Positions 38,544 through 48,334 of a stretch of DNA of 64,000 bases are shown here, piece after piece. The stretch spans positions 57,834-121,833 of the IMG/VR virus record IMGVR_UViG_3300013004_000030, one strand, 5' to 3'. The position numbers and the translations under genes were made by a program. How positions within the stretch are numbered: the first letter of the stretch is position 1; each line of letters begins with the position of its first letter. The notes beneath the pieces were generated by a model. That model ran no database searches, had not been told where the DNA came from, and was given only the letters and a program-made list of their open reading frames with translations. Origin of the DNA: a virus. Its lineage: Duplodnaviria; Caudoviricetes.

Positions 38544-38885
38544 TCATGCCGCCTCCTCGTCTTCGTCATCGTCTCCCCATGTCCACTGCTGTGGCTGGGT
38601 CGTAGCTACTGGAATAGCGACTGGGGTCTGTGGAACTTGAACTGCCGGCTGTACTGGAGCCGGTGCTGGTGTCGGGCACAAGAGTCTGAGGCTGATAACC
38701 TCTGGGATCTCGTACACTACGCTTCTTCGTCCCTTTCCGCTCCTTGAGGTAACAACACGATCCACCTCGGTAACCAGTCCCTTTTCGCATAGGATCTTGA
38801 GAAAGATGGTGGCTCCTACATAGTCGGTGCCGCTTGTCTCAAGGCCTAGGTTCTTGCACAAATCTTTCGTTGTCAATCTAGCCAT
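38544..38885 (-). CDS. Winged-helix-like protein with Pro-rich/acidic tail
   Basis: Paralog of 22792..23004. Confidence 0.7.
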   Translation of the reverse strand: MARLTTKDLCKNLGLETSGTDYVGATIFLKILCEKGLVTEVDRVVTSRSGKGRRSVVYEIPEVISLRLLCPTPAPAPVQPAVQVPQTPVAIPVATTQPQQWTWGDDDEDEEAA

Positions 38886-39109
38886 TTTTCAAACCTTTCT
38901 TAGGGATCTCTCCCGATCTTAGAACTATCCGGAACCTTCTTTTCAAACATCCCCGGGCTTTTCCGGGCGATCCTTGCAGTATTCGCAATCCGCATCCTTG
39001 CACCTCTTCTCTCTCCACTCCCCGCAAACCGGGCAGTATGTCGCGTCGTACTTCTTCGAGTACTTAAGTTCGTGGGTGCATTTCCTCGGCGAATTCGTGG
39101 TGATTTCCG

Positions 39110-39436
39110 TCACCTGTCGTCCTCCTCGTCGCCCCAGTCGTCGTCTTCTTCCTCATCTTCGTATTCCCACTCGTCGTCGCCTTCGTTGATTTCCTCGAAG
39201 TTTTCGTCTTCGTCCTCAAAGATGCTATCGTCCTCGTCCTCAAAGATGCTATCGTCCTCGTCATCGTCGCCGAACAGAGAATCCCACTCGTCTTGGTGCT
39301 CGCCCGGATCTGCCGGCGACAACCGCCCTCCTTCGTAACCGCATTCCGGGCACACTCGACTTCCGGTCACATCGCTGAATTTGTATTCATCGGCGGAGTT
39401 TCTTTTGCGGCAATTAAGGCACTGGATTATCGGCAT
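39110..39436 (-). CDS. Zn-ribbon protein with long acidic tail
   Basis: CLNC..CPEC then a D/E-rich repeat. Confidence 0.7.
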   Translation of the reverse strand: MPIIQCLNCRKRNSADEYKFSDVTGSRVCPECGYEGGRLSPADPGEHQDEWDSLFGDDDEDDSIFEDEDDSIFEDEDENFEEINEGDDEWEYEDEEEDDDWGDEEDDR

Positions 39437-39933
39437 TATTCATCCTCCTCTTCGTCACTGGGCTCCATGTCCTCGTCTTTGCATATGAAGACGACCTCCA
39501 CAGCAACAGAGACGCCCTTCTCCTTGAAGACCGTGACATCATAGCAGCCGTCGCCGTAGCCGCTGCTGCTGATGAATCCTCCGGGCAGGAAGCCGCAGCG
39601 CTTCTTTGACAGAGACTGACGGCAGCAGTCGTCGTAGATGTCTTCTCCGTCATCGCCGTACGAGGACAAATCAAAGACTCCAGCCTGTCCCGAGTCGACG
39701 CCGATTGTCATTGATTCGGTCAGCATGTTCCGCCCGTACATGCTGAAGTCCACATGATGGACCAGGATCTTGCTGACCCGCTCGCCCCACGAGCCCTCGT
39801 TGCTCGTCTCCACATGGGCCGTCCAGGTGCCCTTCTTTGCAGACACCAAACGGTTCATTTCTACGGAGTAGCACGGGTCGCCGATCACGATCTGCCCGGA
39901 ACTCACCTTGAAACTTTCTACGGAGGTCTTCAT
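39436..39933 (-). CDS. DUF4241-like protein
   Basis: SG.I.IGDPCY, IGVDSGQAG.FD, SSGYGDG.Y. Confidence 0.75.
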   Translation of the reverse strand: MKTSVESFKVSSGQIVIGDPCYSVEMNRLVSAKKGTWTAHVETSNEGSWGERVSKILVHHVDFSMYGRNMLTESMTIGVDSGQAGVFDLSSYGDDGEDIYDDCCRQSLSKKRCGFLPGGFISSSGYGDGCYDVTVFKEKGVSVAVEVVFICKDEDMEPSDEEEDE

Positions 39934-40299
39934 GCATCCTCCTCCTGGGTCTTGTAGAGTTCGCAGAACTTTCCCGCAGCGTTTGGATAACATGTCATGT
40001 TGTCAAAGCAGCTGTTGAGGTAATCGACCATCTCTTGGCTCAAGGCCTCCGGGAGGTTTTCAAAATATTCCATCTTGATGTACTGCAAAAGCGCATCAAT
40101 GTAACTGAGTCTCATCTGCTCGGCGTTCATTTTCGACCTTTCTGATGATGTCCCGCAGTTCGAACACAAAATCCGTCTCTTTTCCCTCAACGGCGATGAT
40201 CTTCAGGGCTCTCTTCGCCGTTTCGAGAAGCTCTTTCTGGGCTTCCGTCATAGTTAACCCCTCCCTGGGTATAACTTGAAACTATCCGGGCTCAGGTTT

Positions 40300-40671
40300 T
40301 CAAAGATTCCTGAGAAAATTTATGAACCGTCCGAAATCACGCAGATCCTCGAACTTGTAGAAATTGTTCACTCCTCCCACGTAGTCCTTGCGACCCTTGC
40401 AAGACCGGCACAGAAACCCGTTGAAGCAGCCCTGGCCGAACTGGACGTAGATGCTCTCGCCGTGAAGGGTCACTTCACCTGACACAGCGATGCCGGCCTT
40501 GTTGACGCGGATGTCGTAGGAGCCCTTCTCCAGGCCCAGTTCCTGGGCGGTGATGGCAGCCAACTTCCTGCTCATCTTCAGGAACTGCTCCTTGGCCTCA
40601 AAGTTGTATCCAACGTTCTGAGCGCAGATCTTGATGTACTTTTCAAAGTCAAACTTGATCGTCGTGGTCAT
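40300..40671 (-). CDS. Hypothetical protein
   Basis: DIR.N.AG.AVSGEVTLH..YVQ..R.C.GR.DY.GG.N. Confidence 0.7.
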   Translation of the reverse strand: MTTTIKFDFEKYIKICAQNVGYNFEAKEQFLKMSRKLAAITAQELGLEKGSYDIRVNKAGIAVSGEVTLHGESIYVQFGQGCFNGFLCRSCKGRKDYVGGVNNFYKFEDLRDFGRFINFLRNL

Positions 40672-40715
40672 GGGTTGATCTCCTTGTTGCACTGAAACCA
40701 TCCGGCTCAACAAAT

Positions 40716-41042
40716 TCAAAGAATTTCCAGCCGGGCTGGAACGAACTCAATCTTTCCGAAGACGAGCGTGCTTTCGTCGCCGTCCAGGGGATCTACTACG
40801 ATGACATTGCCGTCCTTGACCTTGACGGGGAAATTAAGGTCAAACCAGTCGTCGGCCGGCTCTTCGTGCTCGTAGGAGGCGCTAGACGCCCACAGTTCGA
40901 GATTGTCGTTGCCGAAGTGGAACCGCTCCCAGAGCGTGTTGTCGATCTCGACGCTGTGGACGCGGAGTTCTTTGACCGCGTCCTTCAAATCCCGCAGCGT
41001 GAGGCCGCCCAGCACATGCTTTGTCTTGATAATGTCGTCCAT
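40716..41042 (-). CDS. Hypothetical protein
   Basis: 108 aa between elements. Confidence 0.65.
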   Translation of the reverse strand: MDDIIKTKHVLGGLTLRDLKDAVKELRVHSVEIDNTLWERFHFGNDNLELWASSASYEHEEPADDWFDLNFPVKVKDGNVIVVDPLDGDESTLVFGKIEFVPARLEIL

Positions 41043-41749
41043 GATGATTGCCTTATTCGGTAGGTTTCCGCCTACCTACAACCATCTAATTCAACAAAAT
41101 CAGGACTTGAACTCGACGGCGGCGTCCTTTAAATACTCGACAAGTTCCGAGGCAAGTCCGTCCAGCTCGCGCTCGTAATGCTCGAGCTTCTCTCGGACAG
41201 CCTGGATATCTTTTCTCAGCAGCACGATACGCTTGACAATATTTAGAGAGCTCATTTGTGGCCGTATTCCGTGAAGAGCTTGAGGCGGGATTCTATAAGG
41301 ATCAGGTCGTGTTCTATTGCGGCAAGGGTTCTTTCGTCAGTAGTCTCGGCCGTACTTGAGGAAAAGAACTCGAGGAGACGCTCCAAGGAATCGTGGATGC
41401 TTGCTTTCGCCCTGGACTGCTTCACGACCATCTCTTCTCCTTATTTAAAATCGCATGACATAAATATGCCGTCCAGTCTAATTTTTTCAGTCTCGTTCCA
41501 TGAAATCTTTCAAGTCTTCAGCGAACAACTTCGCGTCCTCCTCGTTCATGAACTTGATCCTGACCTCTTGCTGGTGGACGCTGATTCGACGGCACCTCAC
41601 GCGAGCCCTCATCCGGTCAACAACGCCGTCGTCACCCCAAATCCCCATGACCCAGAGAAAGCACAAGAAAATCCAGTTCATTAAAACACTCCTTGAAGAA
41701 CGCGGATCATACAGAAAAAAATAGAAAAGTCAAACCTCTAATACACTTG

Positions 41750-41840
41750 CTTCTCCTGGATCCGAAAACCAAGTAGCCGTCTTGAGTGAGTGGAGAAGAT
41801 GAGGCAAAGGCATTTGGGGCTGTAAAGCCCCATCTTATTT
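41750..41840 (+). ncRNA. Third copy of the structured RNA motif, followed by a terminator-like hairpin
   Basis: CTTCTCC..CGAAAACCAAGTAGCCGTCTTGAGTGAG..GGAGAAG then TGGGGC/GCCCCA hairpin and T-rich tail. Confidence 0.6.
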
Positions 41841-42382
41841 CACAGGCTACTCACCAGTTCCTCAACGGTCTGAGTCGGGTCAATCTGGCCGACCGCCACC
41901 ATCTGGGAGAGAAAACTCTTGAGTTGACGCTTAGTGTCCTCAATCTTTTTGATGTACCTCTTCTCCCGCCAAGACTTCTCCTGGAAAGCAGCCTTGAGGG
42001 TTATCTTGCTCATGTCATCAAGGATCACGCCGAACTTTCCGCAGTAATCAAGAAGCGTTCCCTTGTCCTTGGCCTTCTCGGAGACGATCTTCTCCGCTTC
42101 CTCGCACAAACGGCGGTTCCTTCGCACCGCCATCTCGGCCGCACTCCTCGGGCTCCTTCGGGCAACGAAGATTTCAAGTTCCTTGGGGTTGTTGAAGCCC
42201 CAATCAAGAAGTTCGTTCACCAGTTCTTGCGAGATGTTGGGATCTTTTCGGCGAACATTTTCAAAAACCCGGCCTCGGATCCAATCGTGGATCGTTCCCC
42301 CGCCGCAGTACCAGTGGGCCGCCTTGAGCACGGGATAGATCACGCCCATCGGCTTCTTCATCAAGGATTCAAGATCAGTCAT
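41840..42382 (-). CDS. Hypothetical protein
   Basis: 180 aa; AAGGAGG RBS; element upstream. Confidence 0.7.
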   Translation of the reverse strand: MTDLESLMKKPMGVIYPVLKAAHWYCGGGTIHDWIRGRVFENVRRKDPNISQELVNELLDWGFNNPKELEIFVARRSPRSAAEMAVRRNRRLCEEAEKIVSEKAKDKGTLLDYCGKFGVILDDMSKITLKAAFQEKSWREKRYIKKIEDTKRQLKSFLSQMVAVGQIDPTQTVEELVSSL

Positions 42383-42400
42383 AGTGGCCTCCTTGTTGTT

Positions 42401-42766
42401 TCAACCATCCAGGGTCGCGTTTTCAAGTTCTTCTTCAAGTCTTGCTGGCGGCTCGCCCATCCAACGCTGGGGCTTGATATGACCAAACCAATCCTGGATC
42501 GTTGGAATGAAGCCACAGTCTTCCTTCACATGCTGCTCGCCGACCCAACGCACAGGAATCATCCTGCCGGTGCTGATCTGGATTGCGTGCCCGAAAACAC
42601 GCTCAGCTTCGTATATTCCCTGAGTGTGGTGGCGGAGGGCTCGGTGCCGGAAATCGGCCCAAAGTTCTTTACTAGCATCAAACCAGTCGTGGATCGATTG
42701 GTAGTCTTCAGGGGTTCCGCCCCACTTCTTCGCAGAACTGACCGCGTGGTGGTATGAGTTCGCCAT
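42401..42766 (-). CDS. DUF6915-like protein
   Basis: HA.SSAKKWGG..EDY..IH.W.D.SK...D.RHRALRH..GI...FG..EQHV.ED. Confidence 0.75.
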   Translation of the reverse strand: MANSYHHAVSSAKKWGGTPEDYQSIHDWFDASKELWADFRHRALRHHTQGIYEAERVFGHAIQISTGRMIPVRWVGEQHVKEDCGFIPTIQDWFGHIKPQRWMGEPPARLEEELENATLDG

Positions 42767-43411
42767 GATTTGCCTCCTCTGATCTTTCAACTATCTGGCG
42801 ATGCATTTTCAGGGAACAGCTCCTTGTTCAACTTTATCCTCACCTCCACGAACCTTTCGGGCATCTGGCAAGAGCCGGAGATTCGTTTTGTTTCAAGCCT
42901 CAACCTTGCGATGTCGCCCTGCACCTTCACGGACGCACAAACTGGAATGGAAATGTCGGGGTCGGGCCACACCTTGGAACGACTGAAGAGAGAAATGCCC
43001 AGATCGTTCTTCCTCATCCTAGTTGCCATTATTGGCAGCCAGTGGGATCCGAAGGATATTTCGCTCCCTATTTCATCCCGGATGTCGGCAACGGTGAGGA
43101 AGCCGAGCATCATCTTCGTCCAGAGGACTTGTTGTCGCTTGCTCATGCATGCTCTACGAACGAAAAGCCGAACTGCTTCACTCGTCGTAGGGACATTCCG
43201 GGCCGCTAGGCAACTCATCGTACTGGTCGCTTGGGCTATCAAACCAAGGCTCCAAGTCAGGAAGCATTTCGTGCAGGCCTGGTGTCCAGATGGTCCACAA
43301 ACATCATCAAGTTCTTGCCCGTATACTTCTCGAGCAGAAGGTCGAGCTTTTCCTTGATTAGCTCGTAGTCCACATCCCTAGCGCTCTTGTCATCGCTCTG
43401 GACGGTGAAAC

Positions 43412-43693
43412 TCAGGCTGTAGACATGCGTGTACATGAGAACCCCTTCAGTACAAGAAGTTTCAAAGCCACATCGTCGGGAACAACCCAGCACTCCTTCT
43501 TCGTTTCGTCATTGAATCCTGGGCCTTCCCAGACCGCCACCGTTCCGGCGGGCGAGTCTTCTACATCCATAAGCTCAGCCCACTTGATTCCAATTTCCTT
43601 CAACCAGGCCTCGAACGAATAAATGTCAAGCCCTTCCCATTTGCGGGTGATTATATGGAACAACCTCGCCCTGTGTTCGTTATTCCATTCCAT
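43412..43693 (-). CDS. Paralog family A member
   Basis: MEWN.E...LF..K; VVPDDVALKLLVL. Confidence 0.7.
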   Translation of the reverse strand: MEWNNEHRARLFHIITRKWEGLDIYSFEAWLKEIGIKWAELMDVEDSPAGTVAVWEGPGFNDETKKECWVVPDDVALKLLVLKGFSCTRMSTA

Positions 43694-43695
43694 GA

Positions 43696-44112
43696 CTAAA
43701 ACCGGTATCCCGTGTGCTTGCTTTCCACGATCCGCTCGTTGAAGTCCAGACGAACCTTGCGTTCCTCCACATCAAAGAAGAACTCGCCATAACTTCCATC
43801 ATTGATCTCCCAACCATCGCAAGCGTCCTCAAGAACGTCGTAGCACACGCTCTCTATAAGTTCCTCAAGGTCGTTGGCATCTTTCCACATTATTGTCCGG
43901 GCACCGTTTGACCACTGGGTGCCGTTGTTGACCTTGGCACCTTGGACAGGGAGATTCAAGACCTTACTGTCAAGATTGATCCCCTCAATCTGCCCGCTGT
44001 CGCCGGAGCCGTCAAAGGAAACGGTGAAGTTCTTCACCCCCTCTCGCTCACACAGATCAAAAATCAAATCCTTGTTGTCCTTGATGTAATCGGCAGTCTT
44101 GATAACAGGCAT
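43696..44112 (-). CDS. DUF6878-like protein
   Basis: V.FDGSGDSGQIE..GWEINDG.YG. Confidence 0.75.
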   Translation of the reverse strand: MPVIKTADYIKDNKDLIFDLCEREGVKNFTVSFDGSGDSGQIEGINLDSKVLNLPVQGAKVNNGTQWSNGARTIMWKDANDLEELIESVCYDVLEDACDGWEINDGSYGEFFFDVEERKVRLDFNERIVESKHTGYRF

Positions 44113-44166
44113 GCTTCACCTCTCTTTGTTGGAAGGATGTTGCATCAACTGTCCGGGCACATTTTT

Positions 44167-45104
44167 TCAAAGAGGCAGCCCGCCCAAAACAACAACCTTT
44201 TCGGCCAAATCCCTCGGAACTAGAAGAAGTCCATCATGCCCGGCGTTCTCGTCAAAGCACTGGGGGTCGCCTACCGCAACGACATCGAGCCCTTCGTTCA
44301 ACGCGAGAACGAGGGCATCCACAAGCTCGGGAGTAGTCTCATACACATGGTAGCGGATTCCTTGGCCGGTCAGCAACGCCGGCCACCATTCCCAGCCGTC
44401 CATGGACTCCTTCTTGGACTCGTAGGCTTCCTCAATGAGCGCGTACAGTTTGCCTACCATTTCTTGCTTCACAGCATCATTCCCAAAACAAGGATTCTTT
44501 CGGCGATGTCCCGAGGAATCAAAATCCACTGACCAGCACGGTCAGGGTTCGCCACAATCAACCGGCCCGAAATCTCGTCGTGCTTGAAGTTGATTAGTTC
44601 AATCAAACCGTCAAGCGTCTGCTTGCTATTTAGAGAATTCGACGAACCACCATTGTTCCTAAAAATCACGGCGTCATACCTGGTCAGATACCTGTTCCAG
44701 ATCGCACTAAAGTTAGCCCTGTCGGTACTGGACTCCATCTGCATGGAACGCCACTTCTCCCGGAAAAGGGAAGTCAGCTTGGCGAAGTTTTCTGGATTCC
44801 ATTCCATGATTCACTCCGGCAAAAAACCCAACACAAGAGCCTTGTCGGCGAATTCCTTGGGAACTAGCAAATAAAGGCTCCGGTCCACCGAAACCTTGTT
44901 CTGAACCAGCACCCTATTCTCTATCTGGTTCAATAAAATCCAAAGGTCCTCGTGTGGACCGTGGAGAATCGAGTGCCTATTCAAATAATTCAGCCAAGAT
45001 GGGGAATCTAGGTATTCGTCCCCCCAATCATCAGCCTCGCCAAGAAAGCGATGCTTTTCAGACAGCAGATCCGAGAGAATTCTTAGATTTTTCTCGCTCC
45101 ACAT
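44167..45104 (-). other. Three tandem family A genes (44167..44529, 44469..44807, 44811..45104)
   Basis: C-termini LVPRDLAEKVVVLGGLP, LIPRDIAERILVLGMM, LVPKEFADKALVLGFLP. Confidence 0.75.
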
Positions 45105-45108
45105 AAAG

Positions 45109-45183
45109 TACCTAGGGCGAGATTCGAACTCGCACTGTGATCATTTTGAGTGATCCGCCTCCTGCCAGTTGGGCTACCTAGGC
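45109..45183 (-). tRNA. tRNA-Leu(CAA), short variable loop
   Basis: GCCTAGG/CCTAGGT; GATCA-CT CAA AA-TGATC; variable region about 5 nt. Confidence 0.88.
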
Positions 45184-45232
45184 CTTTTTCCAAATTTACT
45201 CAAGAACTGTCAGGAAAGCAATAGATACTCCC

Positions 45233-45469
45233 ATGAGCGCAACAACAACAGAAGGAACCGGTCCCGGTGCCGTCGACCGCGTAATTCCCAGAATATACAA
45301 CAACCAGATCAAGGCACAGAACATAATCAACCTCGAGCAGGTCATCCAGGAAGTAACCCCCCGCCACATCGACGGAGGAGAACTCAAGGCGATGATGATG
45401 GCGCTTTCCGAAGACGAAATGCAGACCATCCTCAAGGCTGCCGAGATACTCAAGAAACTTGGCAAGTAA
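45233..45469 (+). CDS. Hypothetical protein
   Basis: TAGATA box just upstream of ATG; fills the gap between minus-strand features. Confidence 0.55.
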   Translation: MSATTTEGTGPGAVDRVIPRIYNNQIKAQNIINLEQVIQEVTPRHIDGGELKAMMMALSEDEMQTILKAAEILKKLGK

Positions 45470-45778
45470 TCAAGGCAAACCGTTCAAAGCCAGCGCTTTT
45501 TCAGCAAGTTCATTGGGAACAAAGATATAAAAACCGTATTCATGCCCATGAATACAAACGCTGTCTATCTTTTCACTGAGATTCCACTTCTCTACAAGAC
45601 TGTCCGCCCCCTCAACAACCTCACAACCTATTTTATTCAAATAAGAAGCCCACTCGACATCGAGACTGTCGGGCTCCAACGGTGGAGGTGTCGCTGCCAA
45701 CCGAAGAGCAGACTTTATCACTTCATTCCGCTTCTCCCTAAACAACTCCTCCAGTTTGTCCAAGTTGCCATAGATCAT
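45470..45778 (-). CDS. Paralog family A member
   Basis: FVPNELAEKALALNGLP. Confidence 0.7.
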   Translation of the reverse strand: MIYGNLDKLEELFREKRNEVIKSALRLAATPPPLEPDSLDVEWASYLNKIGCEVVEGADSLVEKWNLSEKIDSVCIHGHEYGFYIFVPNELAEKALALNGLP

Positions 45779-46056
45779 CAGTTGACCTTGATTTCCTTGG
45801 TATGCGTCTCCGGCACGCCGAAAGCGTTCTTGGCAGTGAACTTCAAAGTCACCGTGTTGCCGCTGACCTTCGTGTAAAGATCATGAAACACAAGCGTGTC
45901 GGGATAGTTGACCATCCCCCGGACAATCTCCTTCGCCTTCAAAATCTTGTTGATATCTGCGTCGCTGATCTCGATGGGATTGGCCTCGCACACATAGTTG
46001 AAAGCGCTGATCGAGCCGGCGACAAAAACCAAAGCAAGCAGAAATCGCATTTTCAT
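45778..46056 (-). CDS. Secreted/membrane-anchored protein
   Basis: Signal-like N-terminus; F.AKNAFG motif. Confidence 0.65.
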   Translation of the reverse strand: MKMRFLLALVFVAGSISAFNYVCEANPIEISDADINKILKAKEIVRGMVNYPDTLVFHDLYTKVSGNTVTLKFTAKNAFGVPETHTKEIKVN

Positions 46057-46111
46057 TCTCCAAAGGAAGGTGACAACAAATTACCGTCTAGGAAAGAAAA
46101 ATCAAGTGGCA

Positions 46112-46171
46112 GAGCTACTTTGTCCTAATTGTCATGCGTTAACTGATAATTATCGTGGAAAAAATAAGTAA
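46112..46171 (+). pseudogene. C-terminal remnant of an HNH endonuclease
   Basis: ELLCPNCHALTDNYRGKNK*; stop overlaps the 3' end of tRNA-Leu(TAA). Confidence 0.65.
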
Positions 46172-46241
46172 CCCGGATCAGATTCGAACTGATACTTGAA
46201 GGTTCTTAAGACCTTTGTCTCTGCCGTTGGACTACCGGGTC
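46169..46241 (-). tRNA. tRNA-Leu(TAA), short variable loop
   Basis: GACCCGG/CCGGGTT; AAGGT-CT TAA GA-ACCTT. Confidence 0.88.
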
Positions 46242-46525
46242 TTCATATTCACATTATGCCGATTGGAATACGCTCCCTCATTTGCTCATTCCCTTGATGA
46301 CACCGGCGACCACGGCAAGGCCAAGAATTATACCCATCCCATTACCCGTCTCAAGAGCAACCTTGAAGAACGAGAAAACCACAAGCGCCATGAATCCAAA
46401 AAACAATATGCCGCAGCCGCCATTGTTCCCAGGCGGCGGGCCAGGATTCCTCTCGGCATCCCGCCATCCCATGCACCAGCTGCCGTAGCCTCGCATCCGA
46501 TGGGATCTCATGATGTCCTCAAAAA

Positions 46526-46599
46526 TAACCCGGACAGGAGTCGAACCTGCGACCTAAGCTTTAGGAAAGCTTCGCTCTATCCAACTGAGCTACCGGGTC
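46526..46599 (-). tRNA. tRNA-Arg(CCT)
   Basis: GACCCGG/CCGGGTT; AAGCT-TT CCT AA-AGCTT. Confidence 0.92.
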
Positions 46600-46630
46600 G
46601 TATTTGTATTTTACCAAAACTCAAGGCAAC

Positions 46631-46930
46631 TCAAGGCAATCCGCCAAGAACCAGACACTTTTCCGCGAACTTTCTTGGGACCAAGAGCCAGGGGGAAACA
46701 TTCACTCCGACCGCGTGGTATTGGGTTTCCGGATTGTCGATGAAAACCCTACCCCTCAATCCCTCTTCATTCAAGGTTTCTTTGATCCATTCTGGGTGGA
46801 CCATCAGCACCTTGTGCTCGTCGCAGTAGTTTACCCAGAACTCCGGGTCTTTCGGATCTTTCCAGAGCTCCATGAACTTCTTGTCAAAGAGCTTCTCGAG
46901 TTTTTCGTGGTCGATGCTCATGTCTTTCAA
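46631..46930 (-). CDS. Paralog family A member
   Basis: LVPRKFAEKCLVLGGLP. Confidence 0.7.
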   Translation of the reverse strand: MKDMSIDHEKLEKLFDKKFMELWKDPKDPEFWVNYCDEHKVLMVHPEWIKETLNEEGLRGRVFIDNPETQYHAVGVNVSPWLLVPRKFAEKCLVLGGLP

Positions 46931-46964
46931 CCGTCCGGGCCCGACGAATCAAAAACCCGAATAG

Positions 46965-47039
46965 TACCCGATGCAAGATTCGAACTTGCGACCCACAGCT
47001 TAGAAGGCTGTTGCTCTGATCCAGCTGAGCTAATCGGGC
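46965..47039 (-). tRNA. tRNA-Arg(TCT)
   Basis: GCCCGAT/ATCGGGT; ACAGC-CT TCT AA-GCTGT. Confidence 0.92.
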
Positions 47040-47046
47040 ATGTGTG

Positions 47047-47322
47047 TTAGTAGCTTTTACCTGAATGGTATCTCTCTCGTCTCTTATGCCGTCCGTTTCC
47101 TTTGTTTCTATTTTTGTAGAAAGGGGTAGTGGCGTCGCAGTTGGAACAAATGAGTCTGAGATTGCTCAGACTCCAATCCTCCGGGTTGCCATTTTTATGG
47201 TCACACAAAAGCATTATCGGTTTACCAGCCCATGTGTCAATGCCGCACATTTCGCAGCAGTTCGGTCTGGTTTCTTTTAAATACTTTTTAGCTTGACGGA
47301 TCTCCGAGACTTTGCCACTCAA
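47047..47322 (-). CDS. Small HNH endonuclease between two tRNAs
   Basis: CEMC..DHKNGN..DW..SNLRLICSNC. Confidence 0.75.
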   Translation of the reverse strand: MSGKVSEIRQAKKYLKETRPNCCEMCGIDTWAGKPIMLLCDHKNGNPEDWSLSNLRLICSNCDATTPFYKNRNKGNGRHKRRERYHSGKSY

Positions 47323-47381
47323 AGAAATCTCTTCTTTTTTCAGCCGATTATAGTTTTCGAAACCAATCCAATAGTTTTAAG

Positions 47382-47454
47382 AGCTAGTGGCAGGAGTTGC
47401 ACCCGCGACATTCAAATTACAAGTTTGACGCTCTGCTGTCTGAGCTACACTAGC
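47382..47454 (-). tRNA. tRNA-Thr(TGT) with atypical D and T loops
   Basis: GCTAGTG/CACTAGC; TCAAA-CT TGT AA-TTTGA; T loop TGCAACT; D loop lacks GG. Confidence 0.8.
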
Positions 47455-47631
47455 GTACCCTATCTATCTATTCATCCCTTGTTGAAATGAACGGCTAGAT
47501 ATGTCACGAAACCGACAGCGATGAGCAGTGGAAGAAGTTTGGCTCCTCCTCCGCCTATCGTTGCCAGAAACACGATGATGATTATAGCCCATCCGCCGCT
47601 TCCGACAATATCTTCAAAACCAAAAAAACCT

Positions 47632-48057
47632 TTACTCATTTGAACCCTCCTCAACAACACTGTCTGGGCTGGACCTTTTCAGCTCTTCAAGAAAAACCTT
47701 GCCCAGTTTGCTCTTGTCTCGGATTCCGAGAAGGAAAATGAGTTTGAGATCAAGGGCGAGGGCGATCTCGGGAGCGTCCATAATGAGAAGCCTCTGGAGG
47801 GACGCACAAGCCCTGTAGAGCCTCGTTCGTCCAAAGTCGCGCCTGAACTTGTCGAATTCATCAACGGTCTCAAAACGCCCGTGGCACTCCCTGCAAAGCC
47901 AGAAGTTGTCCACATCCGTACCGTATTTGTTCTCCAACTGAAAGTTCCACCGGTCGGAACTGTGGACATTTTCGTTTCCGCAGAGGAAGCAAGGATCCGA
48001 CTTGGGAATCTCGCCCCAATACTCGCCGTCGTTTTCGTCTTCATGCTCTTGGCACAT
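47632..48057 (-). CDS. Zn-finger hypothetical protein
   Basis: CFLC...CREC. Confidence 0.65.
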   Translation of the reverse strand: MCQEHEDENDGEYWGEIPKSDPCFLCGNENVHSSDRWNFQLENKYGTDVDNFWLCRECHGRFETVDEFDKFRRDFGRTRLYRACASLQRLLIMDAPEIALALDLKLIFLLGIRDKSKLGKVFLEELKRSSPDSVVEEGSNE

Positions 48058-48197
48058 GTTGTTTTCCTAGGTGTTGATGGGATCCACGCAAAGCACTACG
48101 GCGGAACTGACGGAATGATTCGCTTTTTTCTAAGTTCTTGCCACCGAATATCGGCCTCAAAACTTATCGCAGAACGATAAGGTCGATATACTTTTCA

Positions 48198-48334
48198 TAA
48201 GTTCTTTGTTTTCAAATACTTGCATCAATTTTACGCAAGTGCTTGCATCAATTTTACGCAAGTGCTTGGCAATAAAGGACTTAGGTCAAAAGGGCAAAGT
48301 TTTTTGACCTAAGTCCTTTGTTTTCAAATACTTA
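48198..48334. repeat. Intergenic cluster of direct and inverted repeats
   Basis: taagt(t/c)ctttgttttcaaatactt twice; cttgcatcaattttacgcaagtg twice in tandem; 18-bp perfect inverted repeat aaaggacttaggtcaaaa/ttttgacctaagtccttt. Confidence 0.85.
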
